A stretch of DNA of 64,000 nt from Phyllosticta citribraziliensis (lineage: Eukaryota). The position numbers and the translations under genes were made by a program. The notes beneath the pieces were generated by a model. The model was not told where the DNA came from and ran no database searches. It saw only the letters and a list, made by a program, of their open reading frames with translations. Where the stretch lies: assembly GCF_038025025.1 (NCBI RefSeq), contig NW_027117350.1, positions 868,001-932,000 on the forward strand, given 5' to 3'. Below, one piece after another: positions 60,751-64,000 of this stretch. The stretch's first letter is position 1, and every line of letters starts with the position of its first letter.

Positions 60751-62457
60751 CTATTCAGCTTGCTGTCCGCTGCCCCTGTCTCCGAGCCTGAGCGGGATGT
60801 CGAAGCCGTCGACCTGGGAGCCGATGACCAGCTGACTTTGGCTTCTCAAGAGGGCTGTGAGGCCAGTCTGCCGATTGTCCGTCTTGCTCATTTCGACCCA
60901 CGACTCCTTCAGCTCAGTGATGAAGCCCGACGCCACGTCAAACCCCTTGGCCTTGATCGTCTCCAGAAAGGTAATGACTCGCTGTCGCTCGACCTCGTCC
61001 GTCATTTCCAGCCCGATCAGGTACGCCAGCGGCATGTAGAGCACGGAGCCCAGATCGATGCGGCTGATGATGCCCTCGGCATGCGATAGCGCCGCCAGAG
61101 CCTGCCCCTGAATCATGTCGTCCTGTAGGACGGGCAACTCGCACTGCAGATGCGACCAGGCGGGGTGGATGAACAATCTACAAATGCCCATGAGCGCCCA
61201 GTGGTAGTAGGGCAGCATCATGGTGATGGCCGACTCGAGCTGGGCAGAGCTGGTCGCCGAGAGGATGATGGAGATAATTTCGCGTTGCAGGCGGCAGGCC
61301 GTGCAGATGATTTCGATGCCGGCAGCGACGTGGGAGGGGAGGTCGGCGCCGTCGAGGACTTGGTCGTCGGGGATGGGCGAGTTCTTGGAGACGGCGTCTT
61401 CGAAGTTGATGCGGTCGCTCTTCCATGTCCACCCGAGTGCCCTATGCCGAGTGAGTGAAACGTGGAGTTGTCAAGGTCGGAGTCTTACCGGTATTGTAGC
61501 CTGGCCCACTGCTCCAAAATGTCGAGGAGTCGATCTAGGTCCTTGTCTGAGGCAAAGTCTAGGTCCCCAGGTTCCAACTCAATGCCAGTCGGCGGCTCGG
61601 GGCGCAAGAAGCTGCAATCAGATGTAGTCGGAAGAACGACATCTTTGCATGAAACTATGGCGCCAATCGTGTCGCTCGAGCGATAGTACTTGTACAGCGA
61701 CGACTCAAACGCACTTTGGCCATGCGTGCTTCTCCCACTGAGCCGAATGTATTCTGAAATATTTCGGACCATGCGCATCCAAGAATCGCCACTTTTGTCC
61801 ACAAAGAGCTAGAATTTGGTGAGTTGGAGCAAGCTACGGTTTCGGCATCACTTACCTCGGCAAATTCGAGCAGGAGAGCGCACAGCAGCACAGTGTTGTA
61901 GTTGGCAGGACGAGCACCGCACATCTCGGTTGTGATCAGCTGCCTCATCTCCTCCCACGACTTGCGCAGCTGGCGGAGCTCGTCGAGCGAGAGGAACAGC
62001 TTTCCAGTCCGGCTGGCATACACGCCGCCAACGACAGAGACGGTCTTGCTGACGAGCTCGTTTTGCTGCGACAGACGGCCAATGGAGCCAAAGGAGAAAA
62101 TGGATATCATGGGAGAAGGAGCCAGTCCGATGGCTTGGAAAAAGACTGTGTTGTAGCGCCACGATGCTTGCACAAGAGGCTTTTGAATGGCTTTCTTTTG
62201 AACGGTTTGAATGGCGGTGCTGGTTGACCTCCTGGGCCCGCATTCAATGATTGTGATGGCATTCTGGGCCGAAGGACGGGATACGCATTCAACACCTCGC
62301 GTCTTGCAAGATGCACAGGGCCGTTGCCCATCGCACTGGTCGAATTTTAGCAAACAAAAGACGGGCGGTGTGTCTAGATACTCACCTTGACGTGGTCTTT
62401 GTGGCAGCGCAGGCAGCGGTGGCCACCGCGGCGACCATCACGAGATCCACAAGGCAT
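60751..62457 (-). CDS. Zn(II)2Cys6 transcription factor, 520 aa; join(62457..62386,62335..61856,61808..61489,61441..60751)
   Basis: The spliced cluster CLRCHKDHVK|CDGQRPCASCKTRGVEC fits CX2CX6CX5CX2CX6C. Three 47-50 nt introns give 521 codons. Confidence 0.85.
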
Positions 62458-63017
62458 GGGATCAGATTTGGCCAAGTCAAATCATTCCTTGGACATTGCG
62501 TAGATGTTCTGGTAGCGAAGACAGAAAGTCGGCGTCGTTGCCTGGCGGTCGACTTGGCCATACCAACGGCTCTCGAAACAGATCACGTGCGATTCGATCC
62601 GATGAGTCCGTACATGGATCATCTTGGTCGGATCTCGAGCGGGGTGCAGGGTTGCATGAAGCTAAGCCATGCTAATAGTCTTAGCAAAGCTTCTCTTACG
62701 GCGGAGAAGCTTTGACATCAACTCCAAAAAAGTTCCCGAAGAATCATGAGCTGGATTTCCTTTCTACGTTTGGTACAAGCCGCCGCCAATCAAACGCCTT
62801 TGAATGCCATGTGTCCACTATCTTACGACGCCTTGCAAAGTACGGATAATATCCGATCAAAGAGGAAGAGGGGAGAGGAAACTTTCGATGGGTTGATATT
62901 TGAACAGGCCGGACAGTGGAGCAGCGTGGCGAAGCCAATCGTTGGCGCAGCGCGGACCCCTTTCGTTAGTCATTGCGGCGGAGATTTTGGTATATGTATT
63001 ATCGATCCAACTCTCGC

Positions 63018-64000
63018 TTATTCAATGATGCGAGTAATGAGGCCGGTAGCGACAGTGCGGCCGCCCTCACGGACGTTGAAGCGCTGGCCAACTTCGACAC
63101 AGGAAGGGTGGTGGACCTCGCAAACCATCTCGACGTTGTCGCCAGGCATGATCATCTTGTCCTGCTCGGGGAATTCCTCAGGCCAGGTCAGGCATGCGGA
63201 TTCGTCTACAAACATTAGTGACGAGTAAGTTGCTTTGAGGGATCTTGTCTTACCAGCTGTGCGGATGAAAACCTGGGGACGGTAGTTGCTGTGGAAGCCA
63301 GTGTGACGGCCACCCTCCTCCTTGGTGAGGACGTAGAGAGAGGCGAGGAACTTGTTGTGGGCCTTGACAGTGCCGGGAGCAGCAACGACCATACCGCGCT
63401 TGACGTCATCACGCTTGATACCACGGAGGAGAAGACCAGAGTTGTCACCGGCTTGGGACTGCTCGCAGGACTTCCTGAAGGTCTCAATGTCGGTAACCTT
63501 GGTCTTGAGAGGGATCTTGTTCTTGCCGACAAGCTCGATCTCCTGGTCACGCTTCAAGACACCACGCGAGACACGGCCGGAGACGACGGTACCACGGCCG
63601 GCAATGGAGAAGACATCCTCAACGGCCATGAGGAAGGGCTTTTCGAGGGCGCGCTCGGGGGTGGGAATCCAAGTGTCGACGGACTCGAGCAGCTTGTCAA
63701 TCGACTCGACACCAATCTCGGGTTGCTTGCCCTCGAGAGCGCAAAGAGCCGAGCCCATGATGATGGGGGTCTCATCACCGTCGAAGCCATAGGTGCCAAG
63801 AAGCTCCCTCATTTCCATCTCGACGAGCTCCAACATCTCCTTGTCCTCGACGGCGTCGACCTTGTTCACGTAAACGACAATCTTCTGGACACCGACCTGG
63901 CGGGCAAGCAGCAAGTGCTCACGAGTCTGAGGCCTGCGTTTGTCAAAAAATGTCCACCCTGAGCTGTTTTGCCACCTACATTTGACCATCCGAAGCAGCG
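63018..64000 (-). CDS. TUF1: Mitochondrial elongation factor Tu, 5'-truncated by the window edge; exons >64000..63980, 63933..63254, 63205..63018
   Basis: [78 protein letters not shown]. Introns of 46 and 48 nt. Confidence 0.97.
   Translation of the reverse strand, partial: LLRMVKCRWQNSSGWTFFDKRRPQTREHLLLARQVGVQKIVVYVNKVDAVEDKEMLELVEMEMRELLGTYGFDGDETPIIMGSALCALEGKQPEIGVESIDKLLESVDTWIPTPERALEKPFLMAVEDVFSIAGRGTVVSGRVSRGVLKRDQEIELVGKNKIPLKTKVTDIETFRKSCEQSQAGDNSGLLLRGIKRDDVKRGMVVAAPGTVKAHNKFLASLYVLTKEEGGRHTGFHSNYRPQVFIRTAGKTRSLKATYSSLMFVDESACLTWPEEFPEQDKMIMPGDNVEMVCEVHHPSCVEVGQRFNVREGGRTVATGLITRIIE

Noticed and set aside
63206..63253. 16-aa insertion in EF-Tu in the ORF track
   Set aside because: It is a 48-nt stop-free intron (GTAAGA...CTAAT...TAG).

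Overview
Eukaryotic DNA from a filamentous ascomycete (Pezizomycotina; Dothideomycete-like by overall impression only). It has GC-rich coding sequence, mostly 46-103 nt GT-AG introns with CTRAC branch sites, and microsatellite-rich intergenic DNA. I assembled 15 gene models by hand plus one doubtful ORF. In order: MFS sugar transporter (-), HeLo-like/STAND N-terminal-domain protein (-), a 96-aa secreted Cys-rich peptide not assembled by the ORF track (+), CFEM single-pass membrane protein (-), PRM10/ThrE-like (+), IBA57/CAF17 (-), DCP2 (-), DUF4112 (+), an uncharacterised multi-pass membrane protein (+), group I G-alpha (+), ArAE_2/FUSC-like transporter (-), NmrA-like (-), small single-pass protein (+), secreted S41 peptidase (+), Zn2Cys6 transcription factor (-) and the 3' part of mitochondrial EF-Tu (-). 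No tRNA, rRNA, CRISPR array or recognisable transposon was found. The most striking signal is a diverged, stop-free, in-frame tandem copy of the last 70 codons of DCP2 starting directly after the DCP2 TAG. It preserves the terminal leucine-rich motif, suggesting a hidden alternative C-terminus reached by readthrough or by splicing at the stop codon. Family names come from recognised motifs, not database searches.
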